From contig CAVVXT010000003.1 of assembly GCA_963752255.1 (NCBI GenBank), positions 113,076-177,075 of the forward strand: 64,000 nt of DNA. Reading direction: 5' to 3'. The position numbers were made by a program, and so were the translations under genes. Below the pieces are notes generated by a model, which was not told the DNA's origin, made no database searches, and worked only from the letters and a program-made list of their open reading frames with translations. This DNA is from Nitrososphaeria archaeon. GTDB taxonomy: Archaea > Thermoproteota > Nitrososphaeria > JACIWG01. Shown in pieces: positions 1 through 10,420 of this stretch (position 1 is its first letter; each line of letters begins with the position of its first letter).

Positions 1-356
1 CTTCTCAGAGGTGTAATTCCAATCCCTCCTGACAGTAAAACAATGCCATCATACTGACCTTCGAAAATGAAATTTCCGTATGACGCATCTATTTTAACCC
101 GGTCGCCAACCTCTAAAGAGTCTAAAGCGTTCGAGAATTCGTGCCCTGTCAACTTCTTCGTGAACTCTATAAATTCCTTTTCAGTTGGACTACTCGAGAT
201 CGAAAAAGGCTTTTTAGCTTCTTCCCCTTGAATTTTTAATGTTAACAACATAAACTGACCAGCCTTATAATTAAAAGATTGAGGCCTGTTAAACCTAAAA
301 CTCTTAACATTATTTGTTCTTTTAATGATTTCTTTAACTTCTGTCTCAAACATCAT
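1..356 (-). CDS. FAD/NAD(P)-binding oxidoreductase, ferredoxin-reductase family (5' part; runs off the window)
   Basis: Manual translation MMFETEVKEIIKRTNNVKSFRFNRPQSFNYKAGQF...KPFSISSSP...GGIGITPLR shows FNR-family motifs; GGTGAG SD upstream. Confidence 0.85.
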   Translation of the reverse strand, partial: MMFETEVKEIIKRTNNVKSFRFNRPQSFNYKAGQFMLLTLKIQGEEAKKPFSISSSPTEKEFIEFTKKLTGHEFSNALDSLEVGDRVKIDASYGNFIFEGQYDGIVLLSGGIGITPLR

Positions 357-465
357 TATACTCACCATCTTATTTTACTAATTTAATAGAGTTTCCGGTA
401 GACTGTGAATAACTTTTTTGAATTATGAAGAATTTATAAGTCTCTATTTATTGATATTATAACAT

Positions 466-831
466 ATGACTGTTTTGCAAACTAAACGTTTAAGGTACGG
501 TGAATACGCTATTTTTTTGATTATATTAATTCTAGGCCTGTCTGGAATCCTTTATTTCGGAGGCGTGATAAAATATGGTATCGAATTCTATGTGAGCTTA
601 TTACTAGCAGCTGTAGGCGTCTATACCGTCGCCTTTGATTTATATTATTTGAAATTTATGCGTAGGTACGTAAGAAACTATATGTTCCTTTGGGGTTATA
701 TCTTAGCTTCAATAGGTTTCGCGCTGTTCTTCGATTTATTTAATCATAATCTATTTCTAAATATTAGCATAGCTGTATTAATAGGCGCCTTGCTTGGGTT
801 TGCCAGTATAAGATATATTGGAAAACAATGA
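466..831 (+). CDS. Small multi-pass membrane protein
   Basis: 121-aa ORF with about 4 hydrophobic segments. Confidence 0.75.
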   Translation: MTVLQTKRLRYGEYAIFLIILILGLSGILYFGGVIKYGIEFYVSLLLAAVGVYTVAFDLYYLKFMRRYVRNYMFLWGYILASIGFALFFDLFNHNLFLNISIAVLIGALLGFASIRYIGKQ

Positions 832-935
832 CTAATCAATATTAGTCGAACTACTACTACGTTATTAGAATATTTTATATTTTATTGATACTATCCTTAT
901 AAGTATACTGTTTATATTTTTAAGTTAGGATAAAA

Positions 936-1448
936 ATGTCAGACGTTTATGAAAAAATTAAAGGGGAACAGGGATTAGCTGAAAAGGTAATGTCAAACAT
1001 ACCCGGGTACCATGGATACAAAGAGAAAGAACTCCGGAGAGAAACCGATAAATCAGTCAGAGAATTTTCTGCTCAGAAGCTGAAAGAAGCAAAGATCGCT
1101 CTCGATGTAGCAGTCAGAGAAGTTTCAGATTCAGGAAATGTCGGTGCGTTTCAATACGCCAACCGCGCAATGGCTGTACTATATAGAGTGACAAACAAAA
1201 TCGAGCACGCTGATTACGGTTATTCCGGCTTCTTCGACGCCATCAAGGTAAGAGAGGATAAGTTGGATAAGCTGATCGAATTCGACTATGCTCTAATTGA
1301 CCTTTGCAAGTCAATGCAGGAAACAGCAACTACTGTAGCAGGTCAGCCTGACATAGATAAAGCGTTCGACGATTTTAGAAAAAAGCTACTTGAAGTAGAA
1401 TCTAAACTTAATAATAGGGAAAGGGTTATTTTCCAGTTGAGTAAGTGA
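936..1448 (+). CDS. Conserved helical hypothetical protein (IPGYxGYKEKExRRExDK...ADYGYSGFFD family, often next to SPFH genes)
   Basis: 170-aa ORF with recognisable conserved motifs. Confidence 0.8.
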   Translation: MSDVYEKIKGEQGLAEKVMSNIPGYHGYKEKELRRETDKSVREFSAQKLKEAKIALDVAVREVSDSGNVGAFQYANRAMAVLYRVTNKIEHADYGYSGFFDAIKVREDKLDKLIEFDYALIDLCKSMQETATTVAGQPDIDKAFDDFRKKLLEVESKLNNRERVIFQLSK

Positions 1449-1483
1449 TGCCGCAAGTTATTGAATGGTCAACAGAATTTTAG
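1448..1483 (+). pseudogene. Stub of an SPFH-domain gene N-terminus (MPQVIEWSTEF*)
   Basis: TGATG-coupled start; MPQVIEW resembles the start of archaeal SPFH proteins; stops after 11 codons. Confidence 0.45.
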
Positions 1484-1578
1484 TCTTTTATTTTTGTTCA
1501 TATATATGAACAATTATTTAGGAAATTTTTTATTAAAGTGATTAAGGTGCAGCACAAATTTATTATTAACAACTATCT

Positions 1579-1604
1579 TATCAAGCTTGATATCAAAGTT
1601 GATA
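1579..1604. repeat. Motif A: tandem palindrome TATCAAGCTTGATATCAAAGTTGATA
   Basis: Directly visible; recurs at 4465, 14410 and 62968. Confidence 0.85.
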
Positions 1605-1801
1605 TTCTCAAAGGAAAATCTGTAAATAGGTATTCTGTAGAGAAGGCTATAAAATTGACTTAAGATAAGTATTGTTCAATCAAAAGTACATTAGATAAGG
1701 AAATTATCATATGAACTAGGTGAATAACCGAATAGATCGAGACACATTAACTTTCTCCCAAGTTAAAGGATATATAAGTGACGATTTCAAACATTTAGTA
1801 A

Positions 1802-2977
1802 GTGTCATATTTGAAAATAGCAGAAGTTAAAGCTCTAATTTCCAAACCTCCACGTTCTTTTGTTTTTGCTAAAGTAACGACAAATGATGGAATCGTGGGT
1901 TACGGTGAAGCAGCATCGGATGGTGCGCCAGTAGTACACGCGGAGAGCATTAACACTCTAGGAAAAACTATAATTGGTATGGATCCTTTCAACACTGAAC
2001 TAGCCTATTATACTATGGACAATGCCTTCTTTGGATGGAATCCGGAAGCAACCATGCGCGCGACAGGCGCAATAGACGAAGCCCTATTTGATATCAAAGG
2101 TAAAGCGTTGAAGACACCAGTCTATAACCTGCTCGGCGGAAAATTTCGGGATAAAGTAAAATTATACTGTCATATCGTTCTAAGGCCAGGAGAGAAAGCT
2201 ACTCCTGAAACTGTTGCAGAGGGCGCTGTGCGCCAAGTTAAACTCGGTTTTAGAGCAGTCAAGTTCGATCCTTTTACAACAGTCATGCGAAGTGATATGA
2301 ATGAAAAGGAGATAGGTTTCGTTTCAATACCTCAGGGAATGAATTTTTCCCATGAGCTGACGCTTAAAACTCTTGAAATGGTGAAGTCGGTTAGAGACGC
2401 CATTGGACCTAAGGTCGATCTGATGCTAGATATTCACGGTAGATTCGATGTTGAATCAGCGATAAGAATAGGGAAAAAACTTGAACCATTTGACCTTCTC
2501 TTCTACGAAGAGCCTATTCCACCAACTAACGATGAGCTTCTCGCCTATGTACGTAAAAGGGTAGATGTACCAATCTGTGTAGGTGAGAGAAGGTATACGT
2601 TGGAAAGTTTTAGAAGATTATTTGCACTTGATGCAGCGGATATAATTATGCCAGACCACTCTAGGAATGGTGGCATAACGTGGGTGAAGAAGATAGCGGA
2701 CATGGCTCAAACTTATTTTGTTCCGGTCGCACCTCATGTTGTCTTCTCTAGCCCTCTAAACGCTGTAATCAGTGCTCAGAACATGGTTTCTATACCAAAC
2801 TTCCTAATTCACGAATCCATGGGTCCTCAAAGACTTGAACTCTACAAAGATGTTTTAAAGCCAAACGTGTTACCTGAAGATGGTTACATTAAAATTTCAG
2901 ACAGACCTGGTCTAGGCGTTGAACTGAATGAAGAGAGCCTTGAAATCGAATATGATGAGAGCCTGATTGGATTATAA
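1802..2977 (+). CDS. Mandelate racemase/muconate lactonizing enzyme family dehydratase (galactonate/gluconate dehydratase-like)
   Basis: GYGEA, DIKGK, KFD, DIHG, YEEP, GER and PH motifs of the enolase superfamily. Confidence 0.9.
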   Translation: MSYLKIAEVKALISKPPRSFVFAKVTTNDGIVGYGEAASDGAPVVHAESINTLGKTIIGMDPFNTELAYYTMDNAFFGWNPEATMRATGAIDEALFDIKGKALKTPVYNLLGGKFRDKVKLYCHIVLRPGEKATPETVAEGAVRQVKLGFRAVKFDPFTTVMRSDMNEKEIGFVSIPQGMNFSHELTLKTLEMVKSVRDAIGPKVDLMLDIHGRFDVESAIRIGKKLEPFDLLFYEEPIPPTNDELLAYVRKRVDVPICVGERRYTLESFRRLFALDAADIIMPDHSRNGGITWVKKIADMAQTYFVPVAPHVVFSSPLNAVISAQNMVSIPNFLIHESMGPQRLELYKDVLKPNVLPEDGYIKISDRPGLGVELNEESLEIEYDESLIGL

Positions 2978-3499
2978 TCTCATCCTCCCATTTTGTACCC
3001 CTTTGGAAGCCCTATTGTAACGTTTTAATCCATTTATTCTGAGGACTGAATATAATTTTTTAAGATCAACATTAGTTTTTGCAGTAATATCTTTTATTGA
3101 CGCGCCTTCTTTATACAACTTGATTGCCGTGTTTAACGATTTAATACTGTCTTCTCTGCTCCTTTTAACAAATTTTAACTTCCAATTAAGAAAACAATTT
3201 TTAAATTTTTCAAAGTCCTTAGACTTGGCCAGTGGAGGATTAATGGAGAAGAAATCGATAATCGACTTTAACTCATCATATTTTGTCACAGAATAGACGT
3301 AAATTGCATGGTGTGTGACCCTTTTTGGTTTAAGGACAGAAATCTTTCCAACCCCGAAAAAAGCCTGAATCCTTCTGATTATAATATTGTTCTTGCTTGT
3401 CACAAAAAATTTAGGATAGTAATGGTTATGCGACAATATTATAGAGAAATTACCTTGACCATCGACAAATCCGACAACATAGTCTGGAGAGATGCCCAT
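2972..3499 (-). CDS. Single-motif LAGLIDADG-fold protein with C-terminal HTH; catalytic acidic residue replaced by Gln
   Basis: YVVGFVDGQG motif, FFGVGKI and IIDFF...P segments; C-terminal LYKEGASIKDITAKTNVDLKKLYSVLR. Confidence 0.8.
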   Translation of the reverse strand: MGISPDYVVGFVDGQGNFSIILSHNHYYPKFFVTSKNNIIIRRIQAFFGVGKISVLKPKRVTHHAIYVYSVTKYDELKSIIDFFSINPPLAKSKDFEKFKNCFLNWKLKFVKRSREDSIKSLNTAIKLYKEGASIKDITAKTNVDLKKLYSVLRINGLKRYNRASKGVQNGRMRL

Positions 3500-3573
3500 T
3501 ATACGGTTATCGACAAATCCTAAATAATTAAATCTTTCTAGGATATAAAAGAAGACTCTGTGTATTAAAATTT

Positions 3574-3891
3574 CTATTGAACATGCCTTCTTTTTATTTC
3601 AGATATCGCTTTTGTAAGTGTTAGCTTGGCAATAGAACGTGGAGATACGTTAAACTGGTTATAGAGCCGATTTATCATCGACGGTAATATGAACGATACA
3701 CCGTAACCAAAGATGTTAGTAAGAAAAACCTCAAAGTCCTCTATATGATCCGCCAACTCTTCTTCTTCTCTTAAGTTGTTGCTGCTCATGAACTTGTATA
3801 TGATCGCATTCTTTGCATTTTCCCCTAAAAATGATAAGCTATAGTTTATTACCTGTACAACCTTAACTTTAGTTTGGGAGTCAAGTATCAT
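3574..3891 (-). CDS. DUF3227-like small archaeal protein
   Basis: LSFLGENAKNAIIY...IEDFEVFLTNIFGYG pattern; start placed at internal ATG 3891. Confidence 0.65.
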   Translation of the reverse strand: MILDSQTKVKVVQVINYSLSFLGENAKNAIIYKFMSSNNLREEEELADHIEDFEVFLTNIFGYGVSFILPSMINRLYNQFNVSPRSIAKLTLTKAISEIKRRHVQ

Positions 3892-4464
3892 CTTTATTGC
3901 ACACCAAATCAATTTGTTATCATCAAGACAAATTTTATATAACAAAGCAAAATTTTGATAACAAGCGGCAAAGAAAAAATTAATCAAGAAATTATCCGGC
4001 AGATAATATAAATTATTTCTCCAAAACTCCCTGGGTGGGCCATTTAATGATGTAGACACCATGGTATAAACACAACAAACTAGGCAATCATGGAAATTGG
4101 CAAATCCTGCTTAAGTCAGCCAAGTAAAAATGAACAGGTGCTTTTCAGCAGCAAATTATTATAAAAACCCTCTACTTCTAAAATAGTTGGATTTTTATTG
4201 ACAAATAATAATGATGTTTTCCTGTCACTAAAACTAAAAAGTCAATTAGACCCATATGACATGAACCTATCACTAAGGGCCAATAGCGTCAAAGCACCCC
4301 CCTGTCATGATAGGAGCCTTATGGTGGGCGATAAATCGATAGATACTTATCATAAATTATAAAATTATGGGCTCTGATAATAATGTACTCTAATGATTTA
4401 TTTAATTTGTTCCTTAAAACTTAATATTAATAATATGTTATGTTTTTCATAACCAATAATTTAT

Positions 4465-4488
4465 TATCAAGTTTGATATCAAGCTTGA
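4465..4488. repeat. Motif A: TATCAAGTTTGATATCAAGCTTGA
   Basis: Directly visible. Confidence 0.85.
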
Positions 4489-4673
4489 ATAATTAAGACA
4501 ATTGCTAGAAGAACAGATAAGATAATTTTACACTAGTATCTCCTTCCTTTCCGACTCTTAAGCCATTTGTCCAAGACTTTATATCCTCTTATTTACAAAT
4601 TCCCACATCTTTGGCACTCCATCAGATGATCGTTCGTAGTTTATTTGAATACATTTCTTCTAGAAAATAGAGG

Positions 4674-5693
4674 TTAGGGTCTAAAGACTATGTGTACTTT
4701 GTTTCCTGTCGGGTCGGTTTTCTTTAGGTATGCTAACTTGAAGCCTGACGCGATTATTGGCTGTTCAAGTTCTATGCCCTTTTCTTGTAGGTAGTTGTAT
4801 GCGGCTTCAAAATTTGACACATTTATTGCTATGTGCGTACGTGTTTCCTTTTCATGCGCTTTCATGACTTCTATTTTTCCAATACTTGTCCCTGTTAGCA
4901 TTATCGATGATGGCCCTTCTTCTTTTGCGAAGCCGAAGGTTCCAGCGTACCAGTCAGCTATTTGCTTAGCGTTCGCGGTTTCTGTTGGATATATCGCTAT
5001 ATGTTCAACGCCTAAGAATATAGATTTACCTTTTACCTCCCATATCCATTGCATGCAGTCTTCCACCTTCCTTTTTATGGATTCAAAGTTGCCCGACTTT
5101 ACTAGGTCTTTTTGTATGAGGTTTGAGCCCAAGTTTACTGCTGCCGCGCCCGCTCTTATCCAACTCGAAATGCCTTCTTTTGTGGCCTCTACACCTCCTG
5201 AGGGCATAAGTTTTAACCATGGAAACGGACCGAGCAAGTCTTTTATAAATTGTGGGCCTAGTACGTCTGCTGGAAATATTTTGATTATGTCAGCGCCCAT
5301 CTCTTCTGCCATGTATATTTCTGATGGAGTACTACATCCTGGAATATATAAAATATTGTATCTATTAGACGTCTTTGCCACATCTGGGTTGAATACTGGT
5401 CCGACGATAAAGTTTGCTCCACAATTAATATAGAGTGAGGCTGCTGATGGTTCGACTATCGTGCCAGCTCCTAGGACAACGTCTGGAAACTCTCTATCCT
5501 TCCATTTTATGAGTTCGCTGAAGACTTGATATGCTAATGCGCCACGGTTTGTGAACTCAACCACTTTAGCTCTGCCTTCGGCGCATGCCCTAACAATTTT
5601 TTTAGCAGTCTCCAAGTCTTCTTCATAAAATGTTGGGATTAGCCCGATTTCGAGAACACTTGAAACAACCTCATGTCTCATCGACATCGACAT
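4674..5693 (-). CDS. eda: KDPG/KHG aldolase fused to a C-terminal VOC (glyoxalase-like) domain
   Basis: EFTNR, GAGT, PG..TPSE, IKIFPA and MPSGGV motifs; C-terminal HIAI...WY...FGF...DPTGNKVHI. Confidence 0.85.
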   Translation of the reverse strand: MSMSMRHEVVSSVLEIGLIPTFYEEDLETAKKIVRACAEGRAKVVEFTNRGALAYQVFSELIKWKDREFPDVVLGAGTIVEPSAASLYINCGANFIVGPVFNPDVAKTSNRYNILYIPGCSTPSEIYMAEEMGADIIKIFPADVLGPQFIKDLLGPFPWLKLMPSGGVEATKEGISSWIRAGAAAVNLGSNLIQKDLVKSGNFESIKRKVEDCMQWIWEVKGKSIFLGVEHIAIYPTETANAKQIADWYAGTFGFAKEEGPSSIMLTGTSIGKIEVMKAHEKETRTHIAINVSNFEAAYNYLQEKGIELEQPIIASGFKLAYLKKTDPTGNKVHIVFRP

Positions 5694-6171
5694 ATTTTCT
5701 TACCCCATAAAAGCGTGAGAAACTCGTCTTCTTAAATTTTTATCTGATATACGTCTCATTGTTAATAGAAAGATGATAAATAACTGATCAAGCCTACCGC
5801 CTAAAGATCTTCCTAGAGGGCCTAAAGGAATCGACAACACATGAACACCTAGTTAAATAACGAGCGGCATTTTCGTATCCAATTGAAAGTATGATAAGTC
5901 TCTTAGAATATTCATTGTCAGGAACAGAATAAAAAGTTAGTTAATGTAATTCTACTAAACTGAGATAAACACTAGGCCATCAAGACGATTGATTCACCCT
6001 ACATTTTTGGTACATGTTTTCTTTTTCACGATGCTAAATAAATCTTCAATCCCAACGTGCCTATCTTGTTATGTAACTATTATTTAGTTAATGAATAAAG
6101 TTATAAACCTTTTAATATCAAAACAAACAGATGCAGAAAAAGATAGCGCTTCTCTTGTTGGGGGCGTAAGG

Positions 6172-7749
6172 ATGAAGGGTGGCTACAAGATCGTCCTCAC
6201 AGCCGATAGAACACTCATGAGCGAATACGGCGACAACATATTCCTCGGATTCAGCGCCTGTATGCCCATAGGAGTGATCCCAGACAAGCTCTACTTTTCC
6301 ATGTTCTGTCCTTCCGTCAAGGCCAATAAGGACGGTTCAGCAGAGGTGGCGCTGTGTGGGACGAGGAAGGTGGAGGCTTCGTTGTTGAAATATGGCTTTC
6401 GAAGGGACGAGGTCATAGTAGCACATCCAGATCACATCGGCGAGGCTGTTGGGCAAAAGACGAAGGTTGTGGGGGTCACGGAGAACGACCCTCTTGGAAT
6501 TGGTCCCGCCACATCCACCTTCACGCAGTTGTTCTCCGGAGAGGCTTACATGGCGGTGAAGTTCAGAGAACTCCTAAACCATCCGGCCGTCAAAGAGTTT
6601 CATCCGAAGATAATTGTTGGTGGGTCCGGAGCATGGCAGCTTGAAGACTCCAGGATCCGAGGAGAACTGGGGATCGACTGTGTGGTGAATGGGGAAGGAG
6701 AGGAAGTGGTCGGCCCCCTCTTTGAAAAAGCTGTCAGGGGCGAGCCATTACCAGGGTTAGTCCATGGAAATGTAGTTCCAGAGGAAAGTATTCCCACGAT
6801 AGTTGATCCTACTATCTCTGGTATCGTAGAGATCGCTAGGGGATGTGGGAGAGGTTGTGACTTCTGCGTGCCTACAATGCTCCACTACCGTTGTCTTTCC
6901 TTGGATCACATCCTAAAGGAGGTGGACATCAACCTGAAGGCCAATAGACAGCCCCTCCTGCACGCGGAAGACGTCTTGAGGTACAAGGCTAAGGGTTTAG
7001 AGGTCAACGGCGATGCCGTGACGGGCCTCTTCAAAGCCGTGAAGAATCATCCCGGCGTCAGAACTATCGAGATAAGCCACTTCGCTCTCTCATCAGTTCT
7101 GAGCGCACCTGAAGTTGTTGAGGAAATATCAAATATACTTGGTTTAGATGGTGATGATGCTTTGCTAGGGGGTCAGACAGGCATCGAAACAGGTAGTCCT
7201 AGGCTGATTAAGGAACACATGCTAGGGAAATGTAAGCCCTTTCGTCCAGAAGATTGGCCAGATGTTGTTCTCAATTCCTTTGAGGTTCTCTCTAAGAACC
7301 ATTGGGCTCCATGTGCTACGCTCATCCTCGGCCTTCCAGGTGAACAGGAAGAGGACATTAACCTCACGATAGAACTCGTCGAGAAATTAAAGAACTTTGA
7401 GAGCCTGATTGTGCCTCTTTTTCTAGTCTCCTTGGGTGGATTGAAGGACAAGTCCGATTCCTTCACGCTCCAGAGGATGACACCTAGGCATTCTGAACTC
7501 TTCTTGAAGTGTTGGGAGCACAACTTCCGCTGGACCCCCAAATTCTTGGACGACTTTACAAAGGGCAGACGCGGAATGAGGATCCTACTATCCTATGGCA
7601 TTAGATACACTGAGAATCTGATTCAGGAATGTCAAAATCACTATAATTACGACATGCTTCGAATGATAACGGATATTAAAAGTGGCAGGAAAACGATAGC
7701 TCCTCTATCAAACCGTCTGTTGAACCGATTGTTACATTTTGTGAAGTGA
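6172..7749 (+). CDS. B12-binding-like radical SAM protein
   Basis: KIVLTADRTLMS N-terminus, RGCGRGCDFC CxxxCxxC motif, GIETGS; start chosen at ATG 6172. Confidence 0.9.
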   Translation: MKGGYKIVLTADRTLMSEYGDNIFLGFSACMPIGVIPDKLYFSMFCPSVKANKDGSAEVALCGTRKVEASLLKYGFRRDEVIVAHPDHIGEAVGQKTKVVGVTENDPLGIGPATSTFTQLFSGEAYMAVKFRELLNHPAVKEFHPKIIVGGSGAWQLEDSRIRGELGIDCVVNGEGEEVVGPLFEKAVRGEPLPGLVHGNVVPEESIPTIVDPTISGIVEIARGCGRGCDFCVPTMLHYRCLSLDHILKEVDINLKANRQPLLHAEDVLRYKAKGLEVNGDAVTGLFKAVKNHPGVRTIEISHFALSSVLSAPEVVEEISNILGLDGDDALLGGQTGIETGSPRLIKEHMLGKCKPFRPEDWPDVVLNSFEVLSKNHWAPCATLILGLPGEQEEDINLTIELVEKLKNFESLIVPLFLVSLGGLKDKSDSFTLQRMTPRHSELFLKCWEHNFRWTPKFLDDFTKGRRGMRILLSYGIRYTENLIQECQNHYNYDMLRMITDIKSGRKTIAPLSNRLLNRLLHFVK

Positions 7750-8368
7750 GTTGAATGGTATTCAAAAGGATTTTACTGGTAAGGTCTTACAAAAGAAGAA
7801 ATTTGAGCTCCGCTTTAGTTGCTTCGTTCGCTATCGAGCTAGTGGTTTATTCGAGACTAACGACGATTGGAGAGCGTCCTGAAGCTTAGATAAGATAAGT
7901 GTCCTAATACTTGTATATTTTGAGAATCCAAACTCCTTAAACGTGTGCTGCACCTAGGAGAATTAGCCAGTTAGTTTTGTCCCATTAATGTATAAGGCTA
8001 GTTTCAGAGGCTTAATCTAAAGATGTCTGGTCACAGGAGCTAGCAAGTCAATTATGTTAGATTATCAAAGTTAAAGTTTATTGGTATATGGCATGATCAT
8101 CCAAAAATTGAGTGAAGTTTTTTACCTGTGCCAAAAGTTCTTGGTGGAGGTCACTTTTTATCTTCTGACAGCCATCTTCCAACAATTCAACTACTTTAAA
8201 TGCTTTAGAAGAACAGTTTACACTCACATAGTACGCATTTAGAATTCCATTCCAAGAATTTCTTTCAGTACTTCACTCATAACTTTTTATGATGATCATT
8301 TTTTTAAAATATGAGTAATTTTATTATCGTAAAACTTTTAAATAAACTATTATTTAGTTTAACTTGTT

Positions 8369-9013
8369 ATGACCGTTGTTACTATATCAAGAGAAGCAGG
8401 AAGCTGGGGTGATGAAATTGCAAGAAGGGCTTCAGGCCTTCTTCAATATACTTTGATCGACAAAGTTACAATGATAGAAGCTGCCACAAAAACTGGGATA
8501 TCTGAATCTGGGTTTATTGACTTGGATGTTGATTCATACCAATTTAGAAATTTAACTGACAGACTTTTAGGTAGAAAGGAGCCTGAAATTAAAGTCGCGA
8601 TTCCGACAGTCACTTCTGCAAGTGGAATGGATTTTAGAATACAAACTTTGGATGCTAAACAATGTATGGCAACTCTCCAGACTGTCATCACTTTTTTGAG
8701 TAAAAGTGGAAATATAGTTATTTTAGGAAGAGGGGGACAAGCTATCCTTAAAGATGCCAAAGATGCTTTGCATGTGAAGATTATTGCACCTTTTGAAGTC
8801 AGAGTAAGAAGAGTGATGGAAAGTCAAGGATGCAGTGAGAATAAGGCGTTTTGGTTTATCAGAGATAGGGATAAAGCTATAACGCAATATCTTCAAAGAT
8901 TTTTTGGCATTGAATGGAATGATAACACATTATATCATCTTGTAATTAACACGGGAAAATTGGATGTTGAACAATCTGCAGCTGTAATAGTAAATTCAGT
9001 TAGAGTACTGTAA
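8369..9013 (+). CDS. Cytidylate kinase-like family protein
   Basis: VTISREAGSWG, VILGRGG and YHLVINT motifs. Confidence 0.85.
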   Translation: MTVVTISREAGSWGDEIARRASGLLQYTLIDKVTMIEAATKTGISESGFIDLDVDSYQFRNLTDRLLGRKEPEIKVAIPTVTSASGMDFRIQTLDAKQCMATLQTVITFLSKSGNIVILGRGGQAILKDAKDALHVKIIAPFEVRVRRVMESQGCSENKAFWFIRDRDKAITQYLQRFFGIEWNDNTLYHLVINTGKLDVEQSAAVIVNSVRVL

Positions 9014-9172
9014 GATTAATAGTTATAGGAATCTTTGGATTTCTTATTTTATAATAGAACTAATTAGATTAAATTATGCAACACTTAAGCACTATATTAT
9101 AAAATTTCTAAACTTCTTTCTTATTGCAGAAGTAGGAAGACAGCCATATTGAACCCCAATTTATGCTTATTG

Positions 9173-10156
9173 TTATACGAGACTTGTGACAGGCTTTGGT
9201 CTATAAGGCTCTTCTAAGTACTTCATATCTGCGTCTGAGAGCTTGATATCCAATGCTTCAACTGCATCCTGTAAATGTTCTGGAGTTGATGTACCTATTA
9301 TCGGAGCTGTGACACCTTTGTGAATAAGCCATGATATGGCTATCTGAGTTGGCTTAACACCTTTACTTTGCGCCAACTCAATGACTCTTTTTACGATCTC
9401 AGCGTTTTCTGGTGGTTCTATATAATCCCTATAGCCATTACTATTTGGTTGTAATCTCTTGATATCGTCTTGTCCTATCAGAAGCTTTCCATCCTTTAAA
9501 TATCTTCCAGAAAGAACCCCAACCGCAGTAGGGCTCCAAGGTATGATGCCTATGTTCTGGCTTTTACATAAAGGCACCATCTCTCTCTCCTCTTCCCTAT
9601 ACAGCAGATTCCACTTATCCTGCATACTCACAAACCTCTCAAAACCCAACATCTCACTTGTGTACAAAGCTTTAGAGAACTGCCAAGCCCACATACTTGA
9701 AGCACCAATATACCTCACAACACCACCCCTAACAAGACAATCAAGAGTGAAGAGAGTCTCTTCAATAGGCGTCCCGTAATCCCACCTGTGAATCTGATAA
9801 AGGTCAATATAGTTTGTCCTAAGTCTCCTAAGAGATTCACTCGCCTGCCATAATATATGCTTCCTTGAAAGTCCACTTTGATTCGGCTTCTGCCCCATAA
9901 CATTGTAAACCTTAGAAGCTATCACAACATCTTCCCTAACGTCTTTGAGTAATTCGCCTACAATCTCCTCAGACCTACCAACCGAATAAACGTTCGCAGT
10001 ATCAAAAAAGTTAACACCTAAATCCAACGCCCTATCGACAACCTTCTTAGCGCCATCCCTCTCAACCATCCATTTCTCTGCGTTCCCAAAAGACATACAA
10101 CCAACCACAATAGGAGAAACCTTCAAACCAGAAGACCCAAAACTAACATATTTCAT
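9173..10156 (-). CDS. Aldo/keto reductase
   Basis: GCMSFG, FDTANVYS.G.SEE, IDLYQIHRWD and YIGASS motifs. Confidence 0.92.
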   Translation of the reverse strand: MKYVSFGSSGLKVSPIVVGCMSFGNAEKWMVERDGAKKVVDRALDLGVNFFDTANVYSVGRSEEIVGELLKDVREDVVIASKVYNVMGQKPNQSGLSRKHILWQASESLRRLRTNYIDLYQIHRWDYGTPIEETLFTLDCLVRGGVVRYIGASSMWAWQFSKALYTSEMLGFERFVSMQDKWNLLYREEEREMVPLCKSQNIGIIPWSPTAVGVLSGRYLKDGKLLIGQDDIKRLQPNSNGYRDYIEPPENAEIVKRVIELAQSKGVKPTQIAISWLIHKGVTAPIIGTSTPEHLQDAVEALDIKLSDADMKYLEEPYRPKPVTSLV

Positions 10157-10420
10157 ACTAAAACACCATCTTTTTACCTACTTCAATCTTATAAATGTTC
10201 CTCATACACTTAGAATTGAAGGTCTCTAATATTAATATCCAGTTTACATTACACCCTATGTTTTGAGATATAAGAGTGAGTATTTGGATAATATATAATG
10301 AAATCATTTTGCTCTTTTTTTTCTCATAATTAATATGTTCAAGTTTAATTCTAAAAATACCTTCCATTAGTTTAGATTTCATATAAGCACGCTTATCATG
10401 TTCTGATTCCTTTACCCTAC

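Noticed and set aside
4795-5433. Long antisense ORFs (also 10683-11273, 32983-33432, 44469-44921, 62288-62788)
   Set aside because: Shadows of coding sequence on the opposite strand
8090-8300. Possible decayed ORFs in intergenic DNA (also 15730-15900, 17280-17400)
   Set aside because: Short frames without diagnostic motifs
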